Assembly (NCBI GenBank): GCA_964234715.1
Contig: OZ174283.1
DNA: 64,000 nt
Direction: 5' to 3' (one strand)
Origin: Podarcis melisellensis
Taxonomy: Eukaryota
In this document: positions 21,801-33,370 of the stretch, piece by piece
Numbering within the stretch: the stretch's first letter is position 1
How the letters are laid out: each line of letters opens with the position of its first letter
Position numbers and translations under genes: made by a program
Notes under the pieces: generated by a model
Told to the model about the DNA's origin: nothing
Seen by the model: only the letters and a program-made list of their open reading frames with translations
Database searches by the model: none

Positions 21801-24800
21801 GCGGCACTCATCTCGCTTTACTGGCCAAGGGAGGCGGTGTACAGCTTCCGGATCATGTGGCCAGCAGGACTAAGCCGCTTCTGGCGAACCAGAGCAGCGC
21901 ACTGAAATGGTGTTTACCTTCCCGCCAGAGCGGTACCTATTTATCTACTTGCACTTTGACGTGCTTTCAAACTGCTAGGTTGGCAGGAGCAGGGACAGAG
22001 CAACGGGAGCTCAATCCGTCGCGGGGATTCGAACCGCCGACCTTCTGATCGGCAGGCCCTGGGCTCAGTGGTTTAGACCACAGCGCCAATTGTGCATAAA
22101 AACTGTGTCGAGATATGGATGTTAATGACTGATCTTGCTTTTGGGTGACAGTCAAGTAAGTTTTCCTCAGAGCAGACCAACTGAAATTAATAAACCCAGC
22201 TTAGCCATGTGGATTCATGTTAATGGGTCCACTCTGAGTTAGACTGAGTTGACTATCACTTAGCCTGTAGCTGATCATCATCTCTGTTTGTTTCGCCTGA
22301 CATCTGTTTTGGTTACAATTGTAACATGCCCAAGTGTGCACACTGCAATCATAACTAGCACAGCTAAGGATACAAAAGCCCCATGGATCATCTAAACCAA
22401 CATACGACAGAGGGCTTAACACCACAGGTTGGGCGTGGAGAACCCTTGGCTCTCCAGGTGTTGCTGAACTACAATTCTCATCTGACCTGGCTACTGGCCA
22501 GGCTAAGGCTTGCCAAGGCGGATGGATCTTGTAGATCAGCGTTTTTGGAGGGGTCAAAGGTTCCCCAACACTGCCACAGAGGCTGGGGGAAAAAATACAA
22601 CAGAACAGAGTGATAAGCAGCAACAAAATTTTAGGGCAGAAAATTTTCATAAGACAAAGCTAACTCCTCCAAGGAGAAGGGAACATGTTTTGATGAAAAC
22701 ACACTATCAGTAATATCGCCTTCCCGTATGTAATTCTGTCTAACGTACGCATTATTGCAAAGCAATCACCCCCCCTTGAATAAACTTTAGCCAATGAATG
22801 CATTCCTATGTATACTTTACCCTGGTATATGCATTTTTGTACACATTACTTGACTAGAAACCTTCTCTGCAAAATTTGGAGAAGTGCAAGCAGCAACCAC
22901 AGAGCCGTTATGTATTGACAGACTTTTCCATAGATTTAGTATGTAGGCAAACCTCCCCACACTAATCATGTGGCAAGTTGACCGTCTGTATTCCCCACAA
23001 CATCTTTAAGAGCAGAACTAATCGGAAGCAACACCAAGTGAGGCACTACATAAAAAACCATGCAGGGCAATATCACCTATAGGAGTGAAGACAAAGGAAA
23101 ATGACGCTGAACTGGATATGTACATACTGACAGAAATTAAGCGGAGCAGTCTCATGACAGAGAAGTCCGAGAAGTATTTGAACCCACCCCAACCAGAGCA
23201 CAGAACCTGGGCAACCACGACTTCAGGACTACATAATGCCCACCCTGTGATTTCCTCACCTGAAACTTTGTCCTCTAGTTTTATATATGCAACTTTGCCT
23301 TTAGAGGTAATGCGGAGGCGTCCTGTCCAGTCCGGCTGGTCCAGTTTCCAGTCAGAAGCCCTGCAGGGTAAACAAACAGGGAGAAATTCGCTGAGAAGAA
23401 ACCCCCTCCAGCCACCCACGCCCTGTGGGCTTCCCCTGCTGATTTCACCACAATCCTGGGTCACGGCAGATTTAGCTTAACCTCCCTTGCGGCCAAGGGC
23501 ACAAGCAGCACTTTTATCTTTAGATGCTCCAGGACAGAATGCGGCCACAGAGTATCCCACCTTGTTCCTTCACCATCAATATTATCCACCCTGCTTCTCA
23601 GCCTGCTGCTGAACAGAATTCATAATTAGGATGAAAGCTATTATGATTGTTGTTATTGTTTTGAGGCTACTCTTATTTCAATAGGAACTAACTGCACCAT
23701 CACCAACACAACGTTTATACAGGAACTAAAAGCTACGTGTAGCACTTTTGGAAAAGGAGACTGACCTTGCCTGCTCAAAGTGGAATGTAGACAAAAACAA
23801 AGAAGGGGAAGCACCTTGTGGAAAGATGATACTATCATAAGGACATAGGAAGAGCCAGCAAAGCCAACAAGCGGGATTTGAGCACAAGAGGAGTCCTCTC
23901 CCCTGCAGTGGTTTCCAGCAACTGGGACTCAGAATCATTGCTGCCTCCAACTGTAGAGGCAGAGCAGAGCCATCCTGGCCAGGAGCCAGAGACAGCCCAC
24001 TCCTTCATCCTCTTTTAAAGCCACCCAAGCTAGTGGCAGTGACTGCCTTCTGTGGGAGCGAGTGCCATAGTTTAACTATGCGCTATGTGAAGAAGTATCA
24101 CAAGAAAGTGTTGCGAGTAACCTCAGATCCCCACTCAGCGGCTGACCTTGGGCCAGGCTAGCATCTCTCTGGCTAATCCAACTCACTGATATTTATCTGT
24201 GGGACCACCATGACTCACACGACCCCAACACCTGCTGAGATCAAAGGTGGCCATACAACACGTTCTATCTATAGAGAAAAGGTGGTGGAGGTCCCGTATG
24301 GGGTCCATCTGTATAGAGACATCAATTATGTGGAATTCCTGTAGGCTCACCCTTCTAGATCTGAGGTATTAAGAGCATATTGGCATGCTTTGATGTTTTA
24401 TTGGTATTTTGATCATGAGCTACTTGGGTTCGGCTGTACGTTTTAACAATGTAGTGGTGCCGCTGTGGTCTAAACCACTGGGCCTCTTGGGCTTGCCAAT
24501 CAGAGGGTTGGAGGTTTGAATCTGCTTTACAGTGGTGAGCTCCCAATTGCTCTATCCCAGCTTCTGCCAACCTAGCAGTTCGAAAGCATGCCAGTACAAG
24601 TAGATAAATAGGTACTGCTGCGGTAGGAAGATAAACGGCATTTCTGTGCACTCTGGCTTCTGTGACAGTGTCGCGTTGCGCCAGAAGTGGTTTAGTCATG
24701 CTGGCCACATGACCCAGAAAGCTGTCTGTGGACAAACACCAGATCCTTCGGCCTGAAGCGAGATGAGCACCACATGACATAGTCACCTTTGAATGGATTT

Positions 24801-27800
24801 AACCATCCAAGGGGTCCTTTACCTTTTACCTACCTACATTTTAACAGTATTTTTTTCCACACAATGAGGTCAATATGCCCCAGAGACAAATCTACAGAGA
24901 ATCCGAAGTTGTTGTTGTTGTTTAAACTACCCCACCCATCTGGCTGGGTTTCCCCAGCCACTCTGGGCAGCTCCCAACAGAATATTAAAAACATGATAAA
25001 ATATCAAATATTAAAAACTTCCCTAAGCATGTGAGACAGTGTGAAACAGTCTCTTCACAGATACAACTGTGGCCTTCCCAGAAAGAGTTCTCTGAATACA
25101 CACTTTCAAACCACTTCCAGGAGTCTGTGACATCTGAAAAGGAACTGAGCCACCCATCAGACTCATCTTAAACAGTCAGTCCTCAAAAGCATTGAAAAAA
25201 TGCTCAACTGCTGAGCTGACCTTTGAAAAGCTTTCAAATCTAACAAGGTTCTTCTGTAGGCAACAGCTTTCAAAAAAGAAATATCAGCTAGCATATTCTC
25301 CTGTGTGACCAGGCAGGATTCCCTATCATCTGGATGCTCAGGGTTTCCTGAGGAGGTTGTGAAATTGGCTCAGTAGGCAGATGCAGACTTCAAAACTTTT
25401 ACAAGCCATGGCCAGATTTGCTCCACTAAAAGTTTACTACATGTCCTTGGCCATGGCTTGTAAAAGTTTTGGAGCAAATCTGTATGGTGAAGAAATGCAA
25501 AAGTTTCCAAGGAATCTGAAACCATGGGTGGATTTTCCTCGTGCTTGGGGGGCAGAGGGGTGGAACTTTTTGGAAATAGCGCAAATGTGCAATTCTCACT
25601 TTCTTGAAAACTCAACTTTCTTTACTAATAATGAAAATGTATATAACCTGGAATTTAGAATTGAGTATTTGATATATCTATGAGATTTAAAATCAGTAAT
25701 ACATTTGTGTGTGTGTGTGTCCCAATTTTTATTTTTATTTTACAAATATATCAGTGTTAGAGATGGGATCCTAAAGGGTGTCTGAGTTTTAGACCACTAG
25801 AAAGGCAGGGACTGTGGGTAGGAGCAGGGATGATGTTTGAAAGTGATACCAACCAAAATGTAATCAACTAAACAATGTTTTATTTTGAAGTGTGATCCAG
25901 TCATTGAAATGTTTTCATTGCTTTTCATTTAGTGGATATTTAGTATTTGTATTTTAACTTATTGAACACTGCTTTGGTAGGTTTTGACTGTGAAGCTGTT
26001 TATAAAATAAGTACTGGGGCTCAGAAACAGAACACTGACCTCTCCAGTTTTGTGCAGAAAAAGAGTACTGTATATTGAAAGAAAAGGCCCAGGAAATAAA
26101 CGCACCTATAATGTAATTAAGAAGTAGCACAAGTTATTGTGAGCCAGCGTCATTGAAATAACTGGGAATTGCATGTAAGAGTAAGTGCAGAGTGGGTAAC
26201 AGAACAGACAGTTAGCTATCCTGGCCCCAAATGGCGCTGTGGGTAAAAGCCTCAGCACCTAGGACTTGCCAATCGCATGGTCGGCGGTTTGAATCCCTGC
26301 AGCGGGGTGCGCTCCCATCGCTCGGCCCCAGCACCTGCCAACCTAGCAGTTCGAAAGCACCCCAGGTGCAAGTAGATAAATAGGGACTGCTTTATAGCAG
26401 GAAGGTAAATGGCGTTCCGTGTGTTGTGTTGGCTCACCAGATGCAGCTTGTCACACTGGCCACGTGACCCGGAAGTGTCTGCGGACAGCGCTGGCTCCCG
26501 GCCTATAGAGTGAGATGAGCACACAACCCTAGAGGGGCAGGGGTACGGGCAGGGGTACCTTTACCTTTTTACTATATCAGTAAATGGCATATCCTTGAGA
26601 ATACTACTAACATGACTTACTTTTATTTTTCCCCCAGTTACCCTGGAGGATTCACAGTTCCTGATTCTGAACTTCTACTATGGGATTCATTCCAGAGGCA
26701 TTTCAGCCCTGAATTTGGGGAGATGCAGAGCCTAATGGAAGCCACGCTAATGGAAATCAATGACTCCTCTGATTGCTCTGTTCCTTGAACAAGTAACTGG
26801 GCTCCAAACCATTTTAAACTAACAGCGTGTGCCTACGCAGGGAGATGTCAGCAGAAAAACAAGTGTAATTTCTTAGCAGTTATCCACATTCCCTTCCTCT
26901 CTGCTCATCTAACCAGCGTGGTCAGCGCTGATGCACAATCTGGAAGATAATCCAGCTCCCTTTGTGACTGTTAGTGACGAGAGGAAAAGGGGAAGAGTGG
27001 ATTTGTCACTAATGAGAACCGGGATAGGATGACTCAGAGAACACACGTACTGCAAAAGAACAGAGAGGGGGGAAGAGGGAAGAGAAGGGAAGAGAGGATT
27101 ACAGAAGAAAATGATGTTCCAGAAGCCAACACCAGCAGAAATCCACCTGTGCAGCTAAACACTGAACAGTGGAGCAGCAAGTCTGAGGAAGCGACGCTCT
27201 CCATTTTAACACCCCTGTGGGAATGACACACACAGAGACCCAGCAGATGTCACACAACTCCCTTTTGCGCTCCTACAAGGGGGGGAAATGTAACAGAGGA
27301 AAGGTTGCCTGTCAGATGATGGCTGGTGAACAGAGGCTCCCAAATGAGGGGCAAACCAAGGAAAATCCATGCAGCAGAGCTTCTCCTGAAATGGGAAGAA
27401 TTCAACCCCAGGGGTTCAGCCGCAAAGATCTACGACAGGCCTTTCAATTTAAAAACATTAATAACAATGTGTTTGTCTGCTTTTAATGTTTACTGATTTT
27501 ACGGGTCTTTAAAAAATATAAATGCATTTATATAAATGCACACGATTTTAATGTCAGCCTCTCTGGTGTCATTAAAAGAATGAGTTAAGCCTCATTTAAA
27601 AGCAGGGCGTGTAAAGTGTGGGACGCGGGCAGAGGAACAAAAAAGGCCGCTCCATCTCCAAGGGAGGCGGAGGCGGAGTCCCAAGGACAGCAGGTGCCGG
27701 CGAGAAGAAATGGATCACGACCGCCTTACATAAGAGGCTCCCCCAGAAGTTGCATTGGGTCGCCATTTACTCCCTGAGTAAACGGACCAGGGCCACTTAG

Positions 27801-28307
27801 AGAAGTCTGCAGAGAAGGCTGTGCGGTTGCTGCTCCTGCTGTCATGGTTGCTATTAACGTAAAATGAGGAGGAAAATTAAAATGTGGTTTTTTAAAATAA
27901 AATAAAAAGCCTCCAATGAATTCCAACCTCAGCCACCCTGCAAGCTCTCGTCGTCCTCTCCTTATTCCACGGGGTAATAACTCTCTCTCTCTCTGTGTCT
28001 CTCATCTAGATATAGATAAATAGGCGGACACCTGCGCTGAATGAATGCCGGCCACAACCACCCCCCCCTGCGAGGGCGGGCGCCCGACCCTCAGCTCCGC
28101 GGGGAAAGAGGCGCGTGTGAACCCGTGCGCCCTCCGACGCGTGTGCCCCGCGGCCCGACCCGCCCCCCGCCCGGCCCGCCCGGCCCGCCTCTCCTGCCTG
28201 TATCCCCGGTTGGAGGCCCTCGGCGGGATCCTGTAGACGCTGATGTCGGGCTTCACGCACAGCACCGACTCGTACTCCACCTCGGGCGCCGCCGCCGCCG
28301 CCGCCAT
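15851..28307 (-). CDS. NECAP1: Adaptin ear-binding coat-associated protein 1 (282 aa, 8 coding exons)
   Basis: Exons 28198-28307, 23260-23360, 20766-20870, 19462-19543, 18084-18192, 17805-17991, 16529-16634 and 15851-15899 sum to 849 nt in frame; PHear domain ([28 protein letters not shown]..), [14 protein letters not shown] and C-terminal WVQF AP-2 binding motif. Confidence 0.97.
16097..16208. repeat. Short palindromic (MITE-like) repeat; related copy at ~22155-22260
   Basis: ggtggtattcaattgagttttactc ... gagtaaaacgtagttgaatgccatcc imperfect inverted repeat. Confidence 0.5.
16529..16634 (-). CDS. NECAP1: NECAP1 exon 7
   Basis: cccag|[35 protein letters not shown]|gtaacc. Confidence 0.93.
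17805..17991 (-). CDS. NECAP1: NECAP1 exon 6
   Basis: cacag|[45 protein letters not shown]|gtaact. Confidence 0.95.
18084..18192 (-). CDS. NECAP1: NECAP1 exon 5
   Basis: tgtag|[36 protein letters not shown]|gtgagg. Confidence 0.95.
19462..19543 (-). CDS. NECAP1: NECAP1 exon 4
   Basis: gtcag|[27 protein letters not shown]|gtaagt. Confidence 0.95.
19785..20480 (+). mobile_element. CR1 LINE 3' fragment
   Basis: [57 protein letters not shown]; CR1 3' end ccttccaactctacaattctatgatt. Confidence 0.9.
20766..20870 (-). CDS. NECAP1: NECAP1 exon 3
   Basis: cttag|[34 protein letters not shown]|gtgaga. Confidence 0.95.
21270..21481. mobile_element. Tc1/mariner (Tc2-like) MITE
   Basis: TIRs ctatatttttccatgtataa / ttatacatggaaaaatacgg; TA on both sides. 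Confidence 0.75.
21748..22088 (-). mobile_element. Sauria SINE
   Basis: Reverse complement of the 11887 element; aaaggtaaagg tail at the left end. Confidence 0.92.
23260..23360 (-). CDS. NECAP1: NECAP1 exon 2
   Basis: tgcag|(R)[33 protein letters not shown]|gtgagg. Confidence 0.95.
23870..24100 (-). mobile_element. Old CR1 3'-end relic
   Basis: Reverse complement resembles the CR1 3' fragment at ~41320-41630 (tacttcttcac..catagttaaactatgg..ggctttaaaagagg). Confidence 0.5.
24456..24834 (+). mobile_element. Sauria SINE
   Basis: Full-length diverged copy with diagnostic body and cctttaccttttacc tail. Confidence 0.9.
26232..26571 (+). mobile_element. Sauria SINE (different subfamily)
   Basis: tggcgctgtgggtaaaagcc head, gccaacctagcagttcgaaagc body, acctttacctttt tail. 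Confidence 0.9.
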
Positions 28308-28930
28308 CCTCGCCACTCTGGGACGCGCAGCGGGAGGGAGGGCGGCCGGCAGCCCCGCGCGCCTCCAGCGCCGCCTTTGATTGGGGCAGCGGCGCGGGCG
28401 AGGGGACGCGGCCTATCACGTTCGCCGAAGCCCGGGCGGGCGCCATCTTAACCCCTGGCGCACTCTTACGCAACCAGGCCGGCCATATTGCGCAGTCACG
28501 ACCCGCCGAGGGCGCCATCTTGGATTTCTGCGCGGGGGGGGGGGGGGAGGTTCGGCCGCCTCGCGGCGTAGACTTATCAAGGGGTAGAGTCGCCTAAGAC
28601 TAAGTCGCCAACTCCCGGGTTCTTTAAAGATCTTTCCCCCCCTCGGGGAGATGTGCCAGAATTGCACCCATTCGACAGACCCCCCCCTTCCAGCTCGGCT
28701 CGCGCTCAGCGCCACGTCGTCCGCTGCTTTCTAGCTGCCACTCGGGACGCAGCCCTTGATGGAAAGCGGAGCGCGGCCTCCCCAGCTCGGGCTGCCGCAA
28801 CGGATCCCTTTCCGCCTTTCAGGAGCCGCCAGACGCGCCGCTGTTTCCTCGCCCGGGCGCGCCAGCTGAGGGGCGTCTCAGGCGGGCTGCTCTGCAGGCG
28901 GCATTTCCCCAGCTCCTCGGAATGGCACCG
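28040..28930. promoter_or_regulatory. CpG island / NECAP1 promoter
   Basis: Very GC- and CpG-rich; two YY1-type CGCCATCTT motifs (28441-28449, 28513-28521), CCAAT (gattgg ~28379) and GC boxes. Confidence 0.85.
28198..28307 (-). CDS. NECAP1: NECAP1 exon 1 (coding part)
   Basis: ATG at 28307; [36 protein letters not shown](R)|gcagga, GC donor. Confidence 0.92.
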
Positions 28931-31060
28931 TTTACAAACCACGCAATATTGAGATAAGAAGCTGTGTTGGCATTTAACTTTTTTAAAACCCACACATTTT
29001 TTCACCCAAGAAAGCCTGGCTTCTTTTTGCTGCTGCCTTTTGCTTTGGAGAGGGCGCGTTGCGATTCAGTCACAATTGTGTGTTTAAAATCCTGGGTATA
29101 TGTATATGCCTCTCTCTCTCTTATTTTTTTACAAGGGAGAGGGCGAAAGGAACCCAAAAGCTCTGCCTTCAGTCCCTTGTATGCGTTTCTCTATTTTTTT
29201 ATCTCTGTGTCTTTCTACTCGGCGGCGGTGATTAAGTTGGGCTGCTGAAGTCACGCAGGGAGCCATCTTTCGCCCTGGCAGCCAAGTTTGGGCTCATAGA
29301 GATAAACAGTGTAGAACGAACCCCCCAATTGGGAAAGGCTGGACCACAGTTTTTTAAAGTTTTCCCGAGACGAAACTGAGAGCTGTCCTTGGAAAATACT
29401 GTAATGAAGTTCAAGATTTTAGCCTGGCTGTGATTGTTCTCCCTGAGCCCCCCAACCTCTTACCTGCCACAACCCCCTCAGCACACGACGCGTGCCACTC
29501 TTGGGCAGTCTGGCGTATTTCTTTAAAAACGTTTAATTACATTACCATCATATTATTTCTACCCACCCCAATATAAAGCTAGCATTAGAAATCGGAAGGA
29601 TTCCCTTTTCTTTGCTGCCGGCTGGATTTATATCAGAAAAACCTCACTTCAGAAGGAACCTAAGAGTTTCACCCCCAGAGTTTCTGTCTCTTAACAGAGT
29701 ATTATTGCTTCTATAAAAATATCAAACCAAAGTGGTGGTTTCGAGTTTCAGTCATTGGCAGGTGGGATTGGGCTTGTCTGTATCACTAAACTATTGCATA
29801 AAATACTGTGTATGCCTTTCATTTCCAAATAAGGGTAATTGCATAGTGACCAACACCACATCTGTGAGCTTCTCTGCATATTATTTCGTGTTTTAGCTAA
29901 TATCATTTGAACTCCTGTTAACATTCAGCTATGTGTGTGGAAATTGGCTCTATCTTACTCCAAAAACAACCAAGAAGTATGCCACAAATAGTTTAAATAC
30001 TATTTTTATTGTGTTTTAACAGATGTGACCAACATAACAGTTTTCTCTAGAAGTATAATTTAAGTGGGGAGGAACCCCCAGGTAATTTTTTACCCCCAAC
30101 AGTTTGTCTTCTGTGGACAATCTGGACTCCAAGTTTTTTCTTGGGGGGGGCACTTATTTGTTTGCAGGCGGGTCTTCTGGCTATCATGATAATGGCAGCG
30201 GCAGTGAGCAGAATTTTGAGCCACCCGCTTGAATTTAACAGTTCTGCAATCTTAATTGTGCCAAGCCCATTCCCAACACACACACACCCCGTGTCCAGGG
30301 CAGGAGCAGCATAATTCAGATTGTGGTGTGAGTTCAAGCTGATGGCCCACATCATTGATGAATTATCCATCCCCTTTCTGAGACAGGCAGCCTCCCCTTT
30401 TGCTGGCAGCACCGGTGGCTGAGCAGCACTGCAGAACACAGCTGTGCACCCAGACTCTCGGTGTCACTCACTGTCTTAATTAAGTCACTCCTGACCTTTG
30501 CACATTGAGTCTAGGGGTGGCATCATTAAGATGGCGGTGCATGAGCACATGGGCTGGAGCTATACTTAGCACTCCCACCCACCCAAGGCCTGCCTGACAG
30601 GCCAGCCAGGCTGGCAGCATCTCTTCAGTAGCAGCAGGGAACCTGCGTGGCCCTGCAGATGATGCTGGACTCCCAACTCCCAGCAGCCCTTGCCAGCGTG
30701 GCCAGTGGTCAAGAGTAGGGGAGTTGTAGCCCAGCCCACAGGTTAGCCATCCCTGCATTAGGGACTGCAGATGCATGTTTTAGGATGCACACTTTCGTTA
30801 GGGGACAGGGGACAAGGTTGGCCAAGCCTGATGAGTCTTACTGCCCCCGCCGTATGCACACAAACGCGTCCAAACTCCCTCCCAGTAATCATTTCAGGGT
30901 TAAGACTGGCAACTTGGGTTTCTGTTTTGTTTCTTTAAATGGGAGTGGAAAGCAGACTGTGGTTATCTCCCAAGAGACCTCTCTGCATTTCAAAACTAAA
31001 GCAGAACTAAAGCTGCCTTTCATTAAGTCCATCATTACTGACCCTTCACATGGAGGAATA

Positions 31061-31275
31061 CAGTGGTACCTCAGGTTACAGACGCTTCAGGTTACAGACT
31101 CCGCTAACCCAGAAATAGTACCTCGGGTTAAGAACTTTGCTTCAGGATGAGAACAAAAATCGCATGGTGGCAGTGGGAGGCCCCATTTGCCAAAGTGGCA
31201 CATCAGGTTAAGAAGAGTTTCAGGTTAAGAACGGACCTCCAGAACGAATTAAGTTCTTAACCTGAGGTACCACTG
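31061..31275 (+). mobile_element. Tc1/mariner MITE, family A
   Basis: TIRs cagtggtacctcaggtta / taacctgaggtaccactg; TA TSD. Confidence 0.9.
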
Positions 31276-31629
31276 TACCTGATAAGCTTCCCTGAAAGAC
31301 AGTAGGGAAATCACTCATATTACTTATTGAATATGATGAATGGTTTCTTATTAAGATTCATTCCAAACCACGTTCTGACCTGCCTTTTGGGTGAAAACAG
31401 ACTTGCAACAGACCCTGGTGGATAATGTGTGCTGGGGACTAGGGTGGTGGCCATTATGTCCCCACCTGTCCAGCCTAGGTGGTACAGAATGACAGTGACT
31501 CCAATCCTTCCTTGTTGGTTGGTCTCAGGTGGTGCTGGGTGACTTCTATTCCACCCCATGGTCTCTTCATGGATAAGGGTCCCGTCTTATCTATGATCCA
31601 TCATGCTCTTCAGCATCTAAACAAAGCCA

Positions 31630-32315
31630 ACCAGAGGTTTAGGCAGCGATGTCACCAATATGCAGATGACAGACAGCTCTACCTCTCTTTTTTGCCTAAA
31701 TCGCCCATGAAGGTTGTGGACCACATGAACTGGGTGCCTGAGATGGATGAAGAAGAAGCTGAAATTTAAGCTGGGTAAAAACAGGTTTTGACAGTTGGGA
31801 CGGTGGCTACTCTGGATTGAGCTCTTATACAGGAACACCTTCTAGCATCTTAGACTTTATACCAGCTGTGAACCTAATTAGAGTGGCTAGGACAGGATAG
31901 GAACCTCCAAGTTAAGACTGCTATTGTGCCCTATCATGTAGGGCTACCTATGAAACTACAGCTAGTGCAAAATGCAGTTACTCAGATGCAAACAAAACCA
32001 GGACATCTGAACATGTGACACCATTTTTTGCACCAACTGAACTGGTTACCAATAATAATTATTATTATTTAAACCCCAGGTTAACTTTAAGGCCACCTTT
32101 ACTTGTATGATGCTGCCCATATGCCACTACGGAGGTCCTGCTCTTGTACCTCCTTACTGAGAAAATTGGCTAGGCTAGAGAGTGTGAGAGAGCAGGGCTT
32201 TCTTGGTGGTGGCCCCAGTAATGGAGCTCCTTTCTGTTAACCTACACTTTGCCCTTTCAGTCTAAGTCTTTAGAAGGAACTTGAAAGCACAACTCTTTTC
32301 AACTGCCTTTCTTTG
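31630..32315 (+). mobile_element. Degenerate L2-type LINE fragment
   Basis: CHQYADDRQLYLSF RT motif, later LQLVQNA and HVTP..LHQL.WLP remnants. Confidence 0.7.
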
Positions 32316-33164
32316 AGGGCACAAATGGCTTCTGCGATTCAAAGAAGTGTTTTGTTTCATTTTCAGATGGCACCTGCATCCTTATAAGTTACACACACTG
32401 CATCTTATGTATATTGCTTTGTGAGGGCTTGGCCTTAAAGGGCACCTTATAAATACTTCCAATGATTAAATAAATAACTTCATCTCGTTTAAAAATGGGC
32501 TTTTGAAGTGCATTTATTCCAAGCAAGTTCTGATGTTCTGCCATTTAAGCTATATGGCTGAAGGGCACACTTTCTACAGATTGATCTCTGCTGTTTTGCC
32601 TTAAAAACAAAACTAAAATGCTCTTAAAAGTTTGCTCAGCCTTATGTGGGGACTCTCCTAATCAGAACAATCAAGAAAATGAACTAGCATCTTCTCCCTG
32701 TAAAAATGATTAGAAGTGCAACTAAGTGCAACTAATCTGCAACTTCCTGTCCAGAGCTGCCTTTTCTTCTTCCCCTATTCTTGACCCAGTCGGACAGAAG
32801 GAGCTGGTGACCAAAGACTGCAGCAGCAACAGAAACTACTGTGGAGCCAGTCCTACAGCAAAGGTAGGCATTAGCTGGGGCAGGAGATTGGGGTTGAGGG
32901 CTCCTATATGAGACATATAAGCTTATAGCCAGGATTTGGAGAGGGAAAATAGAAAGTATTGAGTGGGGTGGATGGGGAGAAAAGCAACTCATCATTTTTA
33001 TGAATTATTCATAGTTGGGGAGCTCTGTCCAAAATAAGAGAGATCTTATCTAGGAGTTTGCTCACTTTTTTGAAAAATCTGAAGAAGGGAGAGCTGCTAA
33101 GGAAAGCAAAAAGCCACCAAATGCCCCCCCTCTTCTAATAAAAACCAATAAGGATCGAGTTTCT

Positions 33165-33370
33165 AAAGGGGTAGCTGTGCTTGCTGTTTTTGCTCCAGCA
33201 AAAGAGCCACTTTAAAGACTAACAAAAGTATGCTGGTATAAGCATTCATGGACTACAGTTCACTTCATCAAATGCATGGTATGGTTATCTGTGGAATCCG
33301 ACTATAGTCCATGAAAGTTGATGCCCGGACAAATGTGTCAGCCTTTAAGGTGCCACAAGACTCTTTGTTT
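33165..33370. mobile_element. Decayed Penelope-like inverted pseudo-LTR remnant with degenerate hammerhead motifs
   Basis: gccactttaaagactaac..cattcatggactacagt inverted relative to gactatagtccatgaaag..gtcagcctttaaggtgccacaagactc; minus strand gives gcatTTGATGAagtgaactgtagtccatGAATgctta. Confidence 0.6.

Noticed and set aside
28002-29005. Several 100-170 aa ORFs on both strands in the CpG island, and a possible divergent gene
   Set aside because: Stop-poor GC-rich sequence; only NECAP1 exon 1 has protein similarity, and no downstream plus-strand exons were recognised.
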